Part shown: piece after piece, positions 1 to 8,381 of the stretch
How the letters are laid out: each line of letters begins with the position of its first letter
How positions within the stretch are numbered: position 1 is the stretch's first letter
Source of the DNA: Candidatus Methanomethylicaceae archaeon GD_Cm_T35_P0_bin.15
Lineage (GTDB): Archaea; Thermoproteota; Methanomethylicia; Methanomethylicales; Methanomethylicaceae
DNA: 64,000 nt
NCBI GenBank assembly: GCA_038801785.1
Contig: JAULTD010000001.1
Span: 441,568-505,567, forward strand
Direction: 5' to 3'
Notes under the pieces: model-generated
Database searches by the model: none
Seen by the model: the letters and a program-made list of their open reading frames with translations, nothing else
Told to the model about the DNA's origin: nothing
Position numbers and translations under genes: made by a program

Positions 1-534
1 GTGGACGTCGTCCTGACGATGGGGGGAAGGTCGAGGGGGGCGAGGCAGCTTGAGGAGCCGCCGATGGTCTGGCACGCCAGAAGGGGGCACTACATACTCT
101 CCCCTTACCTGGACGTGCTCTCCCACTGGTTCCACGAGCCCTGGAGGGATGTTTCCGTACAGGACAGGGTGGGGATGATGGTGAAGCTCGCGGACATGCC
201 CGGCGGGAGGGTGGAGGCGGACGGGACGGTGCGCAAGTCCCTGACGAGGACGGACAGGGAGAGGCTGGACGAGGGGGCGGCCCTCGCCAGGGGGATAATG
301 GAGGGGGCGGGCGTTGAAGGCCCCTTCACCGAGGGGATGCTGAACGGCGGGCACCTGGGCGGGACCGTCCCCCTGAGGCGGGAGGACGTGGGGGCGATGC
401 GCCCGGGCTCGCTTCCCGAGGGCCTGTGGGTGGCGGACCTCTCGCTGCTGCCGTCCTCGCAGGGGATGCCCACCATGCTCGTCACCGCCGCGCTGGCGAT
501 GAGGGTAGCGAGGCGGATAATCGGTTCGGGGTGA
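1..534 (+). CDS. GMC-family FAD-dependent oxidoreductase, C-terminal part (5' truncated by window edge)
   Basis: C-terminal GHLGGT...[11 protein letters not shown]...GMPTML motif typical of GMC_oxred_C; open from base 1. Confidence 0.75.
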   Translation: MDVVLTMGGRSRGARQLEEPPMVWHARRGHYILSPYLDVLSHWFHEPWRDVSVQDRVGMMVKLADMPGGRVEADGTVRKSLTRTDRERLDEGAALARGIMEGAGVEGPFTEGMLNGGHLGGTVPLRREDVGAMRPGSLPEGLWVADLSLLPSSQGMPTMLVTAALAMRVARRIIGSG

Positions 535-639
535 GGCTGGGTGGCAGGTGAGCGGACGGGTGCACTCCGGCGCGGCAGCATCGGCCTGTTATTTTTGTTT
601 TTCTCTGTTATTTAGCATCGGGGCGGGCGGCCAGTTAAA

Positions 640-1314
640 CTAAACTCGTGCGGCGGGCTGGCCGCCCGAGCCTGCCTTCCGCAGGAGGTCGATCACCTCC
701 TCGTCGGAGGTCTGCTCAAAGTTCTGGTAGAACTGGCCTATGGCGAGGAAGAACTCGGGGGTGTCCAGGACCACCACCCTGTCGGCCTCGCGCGCCAGCG
801 CCCTGACTGTGCCCGGGGGCGCGACCGGGACGGCTATGACGAGGGACCGCGGCCCCTGCCCCCTTATCGACCTGACGGCTGCCCTGATCGTCGCGCCCGT
901 GGCTATGCCGTCGTCGACGAGGATGACGGTCTTCCCAGCCAGGGACGGGTAGGGCCTGTCCCCCCGGTACTTTTTCATCCTGCGCTGTATCTCCCGGACC
1001 TGGGCCTCGGCCTCGCGCCTGATATAGTCCTGGGTCACGCCGAGCTGGCTGACCACGTCCTCGTTGAGCACGACCGTGCCGTCCTGCGCCACCGCGCCTA
1101 TGGCAAGCTCGGGGTTGTAGGGCGCGCCGAGCTTCCTCGGTATTATGAGGTCCATCGGGGCGCCGAGCGACTTTGCGACCTCGTAGGCGACGACCACGCC
1201 CCCGCGGGGGACTGCCAGTACGACGACTCCGCCCTCCACGCCCCTGCCGCCGGCCTTGTACTCTGCGAGCCTCTCGGCGAGCATCTCACCGGCCTCGGTT
1301 CTGTCCGCGAACAA
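640..1314 (-). CDS. Phosphoribosyltransferase family protein (COG1926-type)
   Basis: FADRTEAG start, VPRGGV, RKLGAPYNPELAIGA and PRPP-binding VILVDDGIATGAT motifs; TTG start. Confidence 0.9.
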   Translation of the reverse strand: MFADRTEAGEMLAERLAEYKAGGRGVEGGVVVLAVPRGGVVVAYEVAKSLGAPMDLIIPRKLGAPYNPELAIGAVAQDGTVVLNEDVVSQLGVTQDYIRREAEAQVREIQRRMKKYRGDRPYPSLAGKTVILVDDGIATGATIRAAVRSIRGQGPRSLVIAVPVAPPGTVRALAREADRVVVLDTPEFFLAIGQFYQNFEQTSDEEVIDLLRKAGSGGQPAARV

Positions 1315-1470
1315 GTCCGATCACTATTACTATTGCGGGACGGGTATAAAACTTGGCTCAGCCTGGCCCTTCCCCGAAGAGGGCGCAGGTAAGGCGGGGG
1401 CGGAGGGGGGCGCGGTAAAACGGAAAACGGAGGGGAAAATGGAAAAGGGAAGGAGAGAAGCCAGCGGGAT

Positions 1471-1779
1471 TCAGACTAGCTCTATCTCGATGAATACGTC
1501 GTCCGGGACCTGGATCCGCATCATCTGGCGCATGGTCCGGTCGTCCGCGTCGACGTCGATCAGCCGCTTGTGAACCCTCATCTCCCACTTGTCCCATGTC
1601 TTGGTGCCTTCGCCGCACGGGGACTTCATGGTCGGGACGAGCAGCTTCTTCGTAGGAAGCGGCACTGGTCCGGCTACCTTTACGCCGGTCTTCTCCGCGA
1701 TCTTCCTGATCTGGGAGCAGACGTCCTCGAGCTTCGGGTAGTCCGTGCTGCTGAGCATTATCCGGGCTTTTTGTGGCAT
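1471..1779 (-). CDS. rps10: 30S ribosomal protein uS10
   Basis: GPVPLPTK...KSPCGEG...[11 protein letters not shown] motifs; follows EF-1alpha; ATG at 1779 preferred. Confidence 0.97.
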   Translation of the reverse strand: MPQKARIMLSSTDYPKLEDVCSQIRKIAEKTGVKVAGPVPLPTKKLLVPTMKSPCGEGTKTWDKWEMRVHKRLIDVDADDRTMRQMMRIQVPDDVFIEIELV

Positions 1780-1806
1780 AAAAAACACCTTTGTAAAAAA
1801 GGGGGG

Positions 1807-3114
1807 TTACTTGGCCAGTGTGGCCTGTTTTACCTCGATCACTACGCCCGCCGCGACGGTGCGGCCCATATCCCTGAGCGCGAACCTTCCGAGAGGGGGC
1901 AGCTCAGTGTAGGGCTCGACTACCAGCGGCTTTGTGGGCTTGAAGGTGACGATCGCGCTGTCGCCCTGCTTCAGGAAGCTGGGCTTCTCCTCGATGACCG
2001 CACCGGTCTTGGGGTCGAGCTTCTTCTCGAGGTCCAGGAAGGTCGTCGCGACCGTGGCTGTATGGACATGCATGACCGGGGTGTACCCGGCAGCGATCGC
2101 CGTCGGGTGGTAGAGGACGAAGATCCTTCCCTTGAAGGTCTCGGCCACTGAGGGCGGCTTCGCCGTGTCGCCGCAGACCTCACCCCTGTGGATGTCGGTC
2201 TTGCCGACGCCCTTGACGCTGAAGCCGATGTTGTCGCCAGGCACTGCCTGTTCGATCTTCATGTGGTGGGTCTCGATCGTCTTGACATCGCCGGTCTTGT
2301 TGGCGGGCATGAAGACGACGTTCTGGTTTATCTTCATTACACCTGTCTCGACCCTGCCCACCGGGACGGTGCCGACGCCTGTAATGGTGTATACGTCCTG
2401 GATCGGTACGCGGAGCGGCTTGTCTACCGGCTTGGTCGGGGCCGTGAACGTGTCGAGCGCCTCGAAGAGGGTCGGACCCTTGTACCACGGGGTGTTGGTG
2501 CTCTGCCTTATGATGTTGTCTCCCTTCCACCCGGAGATCGGGATGGCGGTGATCTTGGAGGTGTCGTAGCCGATCATCTTCAGGAACTTGAAGAGGTTGT
2601 CCCTGACCTCGTTGTACCTGTCCTGGCTGTAGGCCACGGTCTGGTCGTCCATCTTGTTGATGGCCACCACCAGCTGGTTTACACCCAGCGTCTTGGCGAG
2701 GAAGGCGTGTTCTCTAGTCTGGCCGCCCGGGCCCATGCCGGCCTCCATCTCACCCTTCTTGGCGGAGAGGACGAGGATGGCAGCATCGGCCTGCGAGGCG
2801 CCTGTGATCATGTTCTTCACGAAGTCCCTGTGACCGGGCGCGTCAATGATCGTGAAGAAGTACTTGGGAGTCTCGAACTTCCAGAAGGAGAGGTCGATAG
2901 TCATGTCCCTCTCGCGTTCTTCCTTCAGCTTGTCACCCAGCCACGCGTACTTTGCGAACTCTTTTCCGGTCGTCTTCGCCTCTTCCTCCAGAGCGGCCAG
3001 AGTCCTGTCATCGAGGCCGCCGGCCAAGAAGAGCAGGTGCCCTACGAGCGTGCTCTTGCCGTTGTCTACGTGTCCCATCACGAGCAAGTTTAGGTGTTCC
3101 TTCTTGGATGACAT
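1807..3114 (-). CDS. tuf: Translation elongation factor EF-1alpha
   Basis: GHVDNGKST, DAPGHRDFVKNMITGASQAD, NKMD, LGRFALRDMG; 435 aa. Confidence 0.98.
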   Translation of the reverse strand: MSSKKEHLNLLVMGHVDNGKSTLVGHLLFLAGGLDDRTLAALEEEAKTTGKEFAKYAWLGDKLKEERERDMTIDLSFWKFETPKYFFTIIDAPGHRDFVKNMITGASQADAAILVLSAKKGEMEAGMGPGGQTREHAFLAKTLGVNQLVVAINKMDDQTVAYSQDRYNEVRDNLFKFLKMIGYDTSKITAIPISGWKGDNIIRQSTNTPWYKGPTLFEALDTFTAPTKPVDKPLRVPIQDVYTITGVGTVPVGRVETGVMKINQNVVFMPANKTGDVKTIETHHMKIEQAVPGDNIGFSVKGVGKTDIHRGEVCGDTAKPPSVAETFKGRIFVLYHPTAIAAGYTPVMHVHTATVATTFLDLEKKLDPKTGAVIEEKPSFLKQGDSAIVTFKPTKPLVVEPYTELPPLGRFALRDMGRTVAAGVVIEVKQATLAK

Positions 3115-3160
3115 ATAATCGCCTCTAAATACCTGTCACTTTGAAGCTAAGAACATTCGG

Positions 3161-3178
3161 TGATATATAAATTTAATC
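3161..3178 (-). promoter_or_regulatory. Putative TATA-box promoter of tuf
   Basis: Minus strand GATTAAATTTATATATCA about 50 nt upstream of the tuf ATG in a GC-rich context. Confidence 0.55.
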
Positions 3179-3397
3179 AGGAAAGGTGGCGGCGGACGGG
3201 TCGGGCGGGGAGGGCGGCGGCGAAAAAGGGGGGCAAAAGCGCGCCTGGGCCGGGAAAGGGAGGGGGGAGGGGGGAATCGATGGGAAAAGGGCGGATAGGG
3301 CAGGAGGGGGGAGGGAAAGAGGCGGGGGAAATAAAATGGAAGGGAAGGAAAAAGAAGAGAAGAGAAGAGAAGAGAAGAGAGGATGAAGGGCCGCTGC

Positions 3398-4150
3398 TCA
3401 TCTGGCGGATATGGCGATGCGCTCCATCTCTTCCCGCTTCTGGACAGCGTAGCTCTTCGCGTCGTGGCTGCCTGCCAGCGCGATCTCGTCCGCAAGGCAC
3501 TCCTCTATCGGCTTGTTGCTGCCGAATGCAGAGTTCCTCGCGGCGTCGGTGATGAACCTGAGCGCCAGGTCGACCCTCCTCTGCGGCGAGGAGTCGACCG
3601 ACTGCGGGTATGAGATGCCGCCGTAGCGGATCCTTGTGACCTCCTCGCGGGGCGCAGAGTTCTCTATCGCCCTGACGAGGACCTGGATCGGGTTCTCCCC
3701 GGTCTTGAGCGCGACCAGCTCGAGGGCAGCGTCAACTATGCTCAGCGCGAGGATCTTCTTACCCCCGTTCTTGCCGGGGCGCATCATGCGGTTGGCCAAC
3801 CGCTCGACTATGTTGACGTCGGCCTTGCCGAACCGCCTGTGCTCGTGCCTGCCGCTCGAGTGGGGGATAAGCTTGGGTTCCACGTCGATGTAACTCTGGA
3901 GGCCCCTGTCCCTCTTCTCTATGTTGGAGACATCCCACTTGCCGAAGAGCTTGATCGAGTCGGAGTAGGATGCGGGCGCCTCAGGCGCGGTTTCGGTTTC
4001 GGTTTCGGTTTCGGTTGCAGTTTCAGGTTGAGACTCGGGCCCGGCCCCTGCCGATTCCGGGCCCGGACCTGACCCGGCTGCTGCCGGGTCCACGGCGGGC
4101 TCGGATCTTGGTTCGGGTTGATTCTCGGGAGTCTTCTCGGACATAATCAT
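3398..4150 (-). CDS. rps7: 30S ribosomal protein uS7 with ~60-aa acidic/Pro-rich N-terminal extension
   Basis: [43 protein letters not shown] motifs; start 4150 or 4144. Confidence 0.97.
   Translation of the reverse strand: MIMSEKTPENQPEPRSEPAVDPAAAGSGPGPESAGAGPESQPETATETETETETAPEAPASYSDSIKLFGKWDVSNIEKRDRGLQSYIDVEPKLIPHSSGRHEHRRFGKADVNIVERLANRMMRPGKNGGKKILALSIVDAALELVALKTGENPIQVLVRAIENSAPREEVTRIRYGGISYPQSVDSSPQRRVDLALRFITDAARNSAFGSNKPIEECLADEIALAGSHDAKSYAVQKREEMERIAISAR
3989..4012. repeat. (GGTTTC)4 hexamer microsatellite encoding ETETETET in the uS7 extension
   Basis: Four perfect copies read directly, with degenerate flanking copies. Confidence 0.9.
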
Positions 4151-4168
4151 GATACCCCTTTGTGTGCC

Positions 4169-4612
4169 TTACCTCACCGGCTTCTGCTTCTTGCCGGTCA
4201 TCAGCGCCTGGAGGGAGACGCCGTTGATCTTCACCACCTTCCACCTGACGCCGGGCAGGTCTCCGAGCGCCTTACCCATCGGGCCCCCTATGCCCTCGAC
4301 GATTACCTCGTCGTGCTCGTCCGCAAAGTTGAGGGCCCCGTCGCCCGGCAGGAAGGCAGTAATCTGCTTGCCGTTCTTGATGAGCTGCAGCCTGGCGCAC
4401 TTCCGGACGGCGCTGTTGGGCTGCCTGCTCTCGACGCCCACCTTCTCGAGGACGATCCCCCTGGCCTGGGGCGCCCCCTCCAAGGGGTCAGCCTTGACGT
4501 CGAGCTTCAGCGCCCTCCGTTTGAACTGCCTCAGGCTCCAGCGGAACGCCTTCTTCTTCTCGGAAAGCTTCCTCCCGGCAAGCAGACCTCTAGGCGATTT
4601 TGAACCTGCCAT
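4169..4612 (-). CDS. rps12: 30S ribosomal protein uS12
   Basis: [36 protein letters not shown] at 4612 matches the usual N-terminus. Confidence 0.97.
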   Translation of the reverse strand: MAGSKSPRGLLAGRKLSEKKKAFRWSLRQFKRRALKLDVKADPLEGAPQARGIVLEKVGVESRQPNSAVRKCARLQLIKNGKQITAFLPGDGALNFADEHDEVIVEGIGGPMGKALGDLPGVRWKVVKINGVSLQALMTGKKQKPVR

Positions 4613-4650
4613 TAACCTACACCTTGATGCTTTTTTGGATAATGCTTCAC

Positions 4651-4665
4651 CGATATTTAAGGTTC
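4651..4665 (-). promoter_or_regulatory. Putative TATA-box promoter of rps12
   Basis: Minus strand AACCTTAAATATCGG about 40 nt upstream of the rps12 ATG. Confidence 0.45.
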
Positions 4666-4774
4666 TCGCCGGGGAGGGGGCATCAATCATGGGGGCGGTC
4701 TTGGGTGGGCAGGGGCCCCTGGCCTGACTGCCCCGCAACTCCGGCAGATACTGAGTCTGGCTCACGTCGAGGCG

Positions 4775-5485
4775 TTATTTCGTGGCGCCGTAGACTGCGA
4801 AGTTATAGTACTTCCATAGTATGTCGGGGTTCTTGAACCCGCTCTCCCCGAGGCGCCGGAGGTCTTCGAGGAGGACAACAGGCCGGTCCTCGCGCCGGTA
4901 CCTTTCGTTGATTTCGCTTATCTCGCCTGCCGAGAGCGACCGGCTGAGGAAGTCGCGCCACTTCCTCAGGTACAGCTCCTGCCAAGGGGCGCTGCTCGCC
5001 AAGAAGATATCAGCGTTGAGGAATGCGCCTCCATCCCTCAGAGCGCCGTATACCTTGGCAAATAACTGCTGCCGGCCCCCTACCTCAAGGTGGTGCAGCG
5101 CCAGGGAGGATACTACCGCATCGTACTTTGCGTCGAAGCTGTATTCCGACAGGTCCTTGAGCACGTAGGAGGCCTTGCCTTCGCCGAGTTTGCTCCGGCA
5201 TATCTCCAGCATCCTTTCGGAGATGTCCAGGCAGGTAATGTTGGCGTTCGGGAATCTCTTCCTGATCATCAGCGAGAGGTTGCCGGTCCCGCTCCCGAGG
5301 TCGATGACGTCGATCCCCTGCGTGCGGGGGAATGGCACCGCCGACACCAGAGCCTCCAGCATCTCCCGATAATGCGGAATGGTTTTTGTGACCGCGGCGT
5401 CAAAGCCGCTTGCTTCCCCGTTGAAGTGGGCCCGGACGGCATTCATCCGTTTCTTGCTGTCAGGGTCCCGGCATGCAGCTGTCAT
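4775..5485 (-). CDS. Class I SAM-dependent methyltransferase (CmoA-like / Methyltransf_25)
   Basis: IDLGSGTG motif I, CLDIS, YDAVVSSLALHHL, WKYYNFAVYG; TATA-like CTTATAAG near 5508-5515 supports a start near 5485-5491 rather than 5659. Confidence 0.85.
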   Translation of the reverse strand: MTAACRDPDSKKRMNAVRAHFNGEASGFDAAVTKTIPHYREMLEALVSAVPFPRTQGIDVIDLGSGTGNLSLMIRKRFPNANITCLDISERMLEICRSKLGEGKASYVLKDLSEYSFDAKYDAVVSSLALHHLEVGGRQQLFAKVYGALRDGGAFLNADIFLASSAPWQELYLRKWRDFLSRSLSAGEISEINERYRREDRPVVLLEDLRRLGESGFKNPDILWKYYNFAVYGATK

Positions 5486-5609
5486 AACCATTCTTCCATG
5501 CGGGCGGCTTATAAGGGTCGGGGGCCGCCTGCTTGCCAACAGCGTTTTTGGCGTTGGGGACGGCCGCGCGTCTCCTGTCCGGGTCGGGGTGTTTGGCATG
5601 CTCAGGACG

Positions 5610-5912
5610 CCCCCGCGCGCTTGCGTGCTCCCCTTTACCCGGGGCTCGATCTTCAGCATCAGCCGGCAGGGAACGGCTTCGTCCGGAGGAGGCGGACGCT
5701 GCCCTTTCCGTACCTGCAGGGCGCGAGCTCCTCCCGGAACTCGCCGGTTGCGGGGGCGCGGGGCAGAAGCAGATGTGGCTCCTGAACGCGGCGGGGCGGC
5801 AGGTCGCCGTCCAGCTTAAGGGCATCCGGTAGCTTACCGCCTCCTCCGCGCCGGGCGCCGACTCCCGGAAGGTCTGCCGTCTCTCCCCCAGTATCTCCCG
5901 GACGTCTTTGGC
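5610..5912 (-). pseudogene. Frameshifted DUF1801 (YdhG/iron-chaperone-like) pseudogene
   Basis: Motifs spread over three frames: KDVREILGERRQTFRESAPGAEEAVSYRMP / AAFRSHICFCP / GEFREELAPCRYGKGSVR...KPFP / MLKIEPRVK. Confidence 0.7.
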
Positions 5913-6094
5913 ACCATGCTGGTTGTGTAGTGGATGGGAAAGTCCCGGAGGCAGGAGGGCATAGACGGGTACACCGCCCAGTCCCCCAGAGCCGCAGAAA
6001 ACCTGTAGTATTCGGGGCGGGCGCAGCGGCGCTGCGGCCGTTATCCGCAAATCGCAAAGCAAGCCAAGCACACTGGCTTCGGGGGAGGGCGTAT

Positions 6095-6529
6095 TCACAT
6101 GATGACTACGTTGTCGAAGTTAAAATGACGCTTCATCAGGAGGCGGGTCTTGGTGATGTTCCTGCCGCTCTTCCCGATCGCCATGCCCTTGTCGTGGGGG
6201 TCGACCGTGACCTGCGCGACCATGTGGCCGTCGGAGGTCTTGCTCACCTTTATGCCTCTGACCTTGGCGGGGGCGAGGATGTTCTTGAGAAACCCTTCGG
6301 GGCTGTCGGCGTACTCGACTATCTCGACTGTGCGGCCTATGACCTTCCTCGCACGCTCGATGTTGACGCCGTTCTTCCCTATCGCGAGGCCCATGTCGCC
6401 GGGGCGGATGACGTATATTATCCTGTTCGACTCTGCCTCCACCACGCAGTCCTTGGCTATCGCGCCGGTGAGGTTCTCCAGGAGGGCGATGTAGCGCATG
6501 TCATCCGCGGTGAACTTTATGCCGGGCGT
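6095..6529 (-). CDS. nusA: Archaeal NusA (KH-domain) transcription factor; probable ACG start
   Basis: MGLAIGKNG and KGMAIGKSGRNI KH motifs; conserved-looking N-terminus xPGIKFTADDMRYIALLE extends upstream of ATG 6499 to ACG 6529, 8 nt after GGAGG. Confidence 0.92.
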   Translation of the reverse strand, partial: TPGIKFTADDMRYIALLENLTGAIAKDCVVEAESNRIIYVIRPGDMGLAIGKNGVNIERARKVIGRTVEIVEYADSPEGFLKNILAPAKVRGIKVSKTSDGHMVAQVTVDPHDKGMAIGKSGRNITKTRLLMKRHFNFDNVVIM

Positions 6530-6532
6530 ACG

Positions 6533-6826
6533 CTATGCCTCCTGGACGCTCAGGATCGCAGACTCGCCCGGGTCTATGACGGTTATCGTCGAGACGGGGA
6601 AGGGCTTGCCGCAGAGGCCGCCGAGGTCCCAGCTCGAGCCGGGGTACCTGTAGACCGGCACGGCGTCGCCTATCGAGGCCTTCATCCTGGAGAAGAGCTC
6701 CTCGGGGGCGTTCGCCGCCATCACGACGAGCTTGCCCTTATTCTTGGCTGTCTTGAGGCCGGTCTTGAAGCCGATCTCGACCTTGCCGGTCTTGATCGCC
6801 ACCTTCAGTTCCTTCGCGAGATCCAT
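6533..6826 (-). CDS. rpl30e: 50S ribosomal protein eL30
   Basis: AIKTGKVEIG, LGGLCGKPFPVS, DPGESAIL motifs; canonical position. Confidence 0.96.
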   Translation of the reverse strand: MDLAKELKVAIKTGKVEIGFKTGLKTAKNKGKLVVMAANAPEELFSRMKASIGDAVPVYRYPGSSWDLGGLCGKPFPVSTITVIDPGESAILSVQEA

Positions 6827-6827
6827 A

Positions 6828-8381
6828 TCATGCGCCCTCCTTGAATCTCATGAAAAGCTCCACGATTCCGGTGCCCAGCGGGATAGGCTGTCCAACGATC
6901 ACGTTCTCAGTTACTCCTTCGAGTGCGTCCTCTTCTCCATGTGACGCCGCATCCAATAAATGCTTTACGGTCACCTCGAAGGCCGCCCTCGCCAGGACGC
7001 TCGACTTTTCGCCGCTGACCCCGTGCCTGCCAATCTGCCTTATCCTCCCCGTCGAGGTCATGAGGTCGGCCACGAGGATTACGTGGCGCACATCCACATC
7101 GAGACCCTGCTGGTCCAGCACCTGGAAGGCCTCCCTGATTATGGCAGACCTGGCCGCCTCGATGCCGAGGACCTCGGCTATCTCCGAGATGTTGTTGGTG
7201 TATATCCTCGTGAGGTCGATCCCCTTTATGGTCAGGGTGGTCGCCAAGTTCGAGCCGTCGGTGTGGAGGACGTACTCGTCGCCCTCCTTCTGGATGAGCA
7301 CCCTCTTCACCCCCTTTATCCCCTTGAGGCGGAGGTCCAGGATCCGCTCCCTGAGGCGCTTGATCTTGTCGACCGTGACGACCTCGGGGATAATCGTGAG
7401 CCGGTTCCCCTCTATCTCGACCTTCCCGACCTTGAGCTTCTCTATCGACTTGGCGATAAAGTCGGTGCTCAGCCCCTTGTCGGCGGCTATCTCCTCGTCG
7501 ACGTCCACTATGACGGAGCCGTTGACCATATCGTACTCGATGCTCCGGGCCACGTTCTCCACGGCGATCCTCTCTATCCGGGCGACGACCTCCTTCGCCT
7601 TCTCGAGGCTGTGCTTGTGCTCCTCGTCGAGGTAGATGGTCATCGTCGGGGTCGAGGGGCTCCTGCGGGCGTCGACGATCTCTATGAGGCGGGGGAGGCC
7701 GAGGGTGACGTTCAGCTCCCTGACTCCCGCATAGTGGAAGGTCCTCAGCGTCATCTGGGTGCCGGGCTCGCCGACCGACTGTGCGGCGACGGTGCCCGCG
7801 GCCTCGCCTGGCTCCACCAGCGCCTTGGTGTACGCCCTGCAGACCTCGTCGACGACGGCCCTGGTCTGCGCCTCGTCGAGTTCCATCGCGGAGAGCTTCT
7901 CCCTCAGCTGGTTGATTAGGCTCTCCGGGAGGGGCCTGTCGAGTCCGTCGAGGACGGTCTCGAGCGGGGTCTTGGCCTTGGGGGGCTCCCCGGCGGCTTC
8001 GGCTTTAGCTTTGGTCCCGGCCCCGGTCCCGGAGGCGGGGGCGGGGGCGGGGGCGGCGGAAGCAGCCTCCTTCGCCGCCCTGGTCTTGCCGCCGGCCTTA
8101 GGTTTGGGCCTCTTTGCGGCCGCAGCCGGATTGGGCTTGCCAGCCTTCGGCTTGGGCTTGACGCCCTTGGCCCCGGCGCCAGCGGATTTGGCGGCGTCGC
8201 CGGGGGGGAGCGCCTCTCCTCCCCCCTCGACCTCTTCCAGCTCCGTCTCGATCTCTTCGTCGTCTACTTCCTCGAGGTCGGCATCGCCATCAATATCGGC
8301 ATCAGCAGCGATATCGGTGTCGGTGTCGGTATCAGTATCGGTATCAGTCTCTATCTCTTTGTCTATCTCGTTGTCGCTCAT
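6828..8381 (-). CDS. rpoA2: DNA-directed RNA polymerase subunit A'' (Rpo1C) with ~135-aa disordered N-terminal extension
   Basis: [54 protein letters not shown] overlaps the rpoA1 stop (ATGA). Confidence 0.97.
   Translation of the reverse strand: MSDNEIDKEIETDTDTDTDTDTDIAADADIDGDADLEEVDDEEIETELEEVEGGGEALPPGDAAKSAGAGAKGVKPKPKAGKPNPAAAAKRPKPKAGGKTRAAKEAASAAPAPAPASGTGAGTKAKAEAAGEPPKAKTPLETVLDGLDRPLPESLINQLREKLSAMELDEAQTRAVVDEVCRAYTKALVEPGEAAGTVAAQSVGEPGTQMTLRTFHYAGVRELNVTLGLPRLIEIVDARRSPSTPTMTIYLDEEHKHSLEKAKEVVARIERIAVENVARSIEYDMVNGSVIVDVDEEIAADKGLSTDFIAKSIEKLKVGKVEIEGNRLTIIPEVVTVDKIKRLRERILDLRLKGIKGVKRVLIQKEGDEYVLHTDGSNLATTLTIKGIDLTRIYTNNISEIAEVLGIEAARSAIIREAFQVLDQQGLDVDVRHVILVADLMTSTGRIRQIGRHGVSGEKSSVLARAAFEVTVKHLLDAASHGEEDALEGVTENVIVGQPIPLGTGIVELFMRFKEGA

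Noticed and set aside
4613..4765. N-terminal extension of uS12 shown in the ORF track (and similar long starts at 5659, 42325, 49735, 52096, 59409, 60209)
   Set aside because: Downstream starts fit family N-termini, promoter positions or stop/start overlaps better.
5500..6090. Possible structured ncRNA (RNase P or SRP RNA) in the nusA-MTase gap
   Set aside because: No convincing conserved RNase P or SRP elements; better explained as a frameshifted DUF1801 gene.
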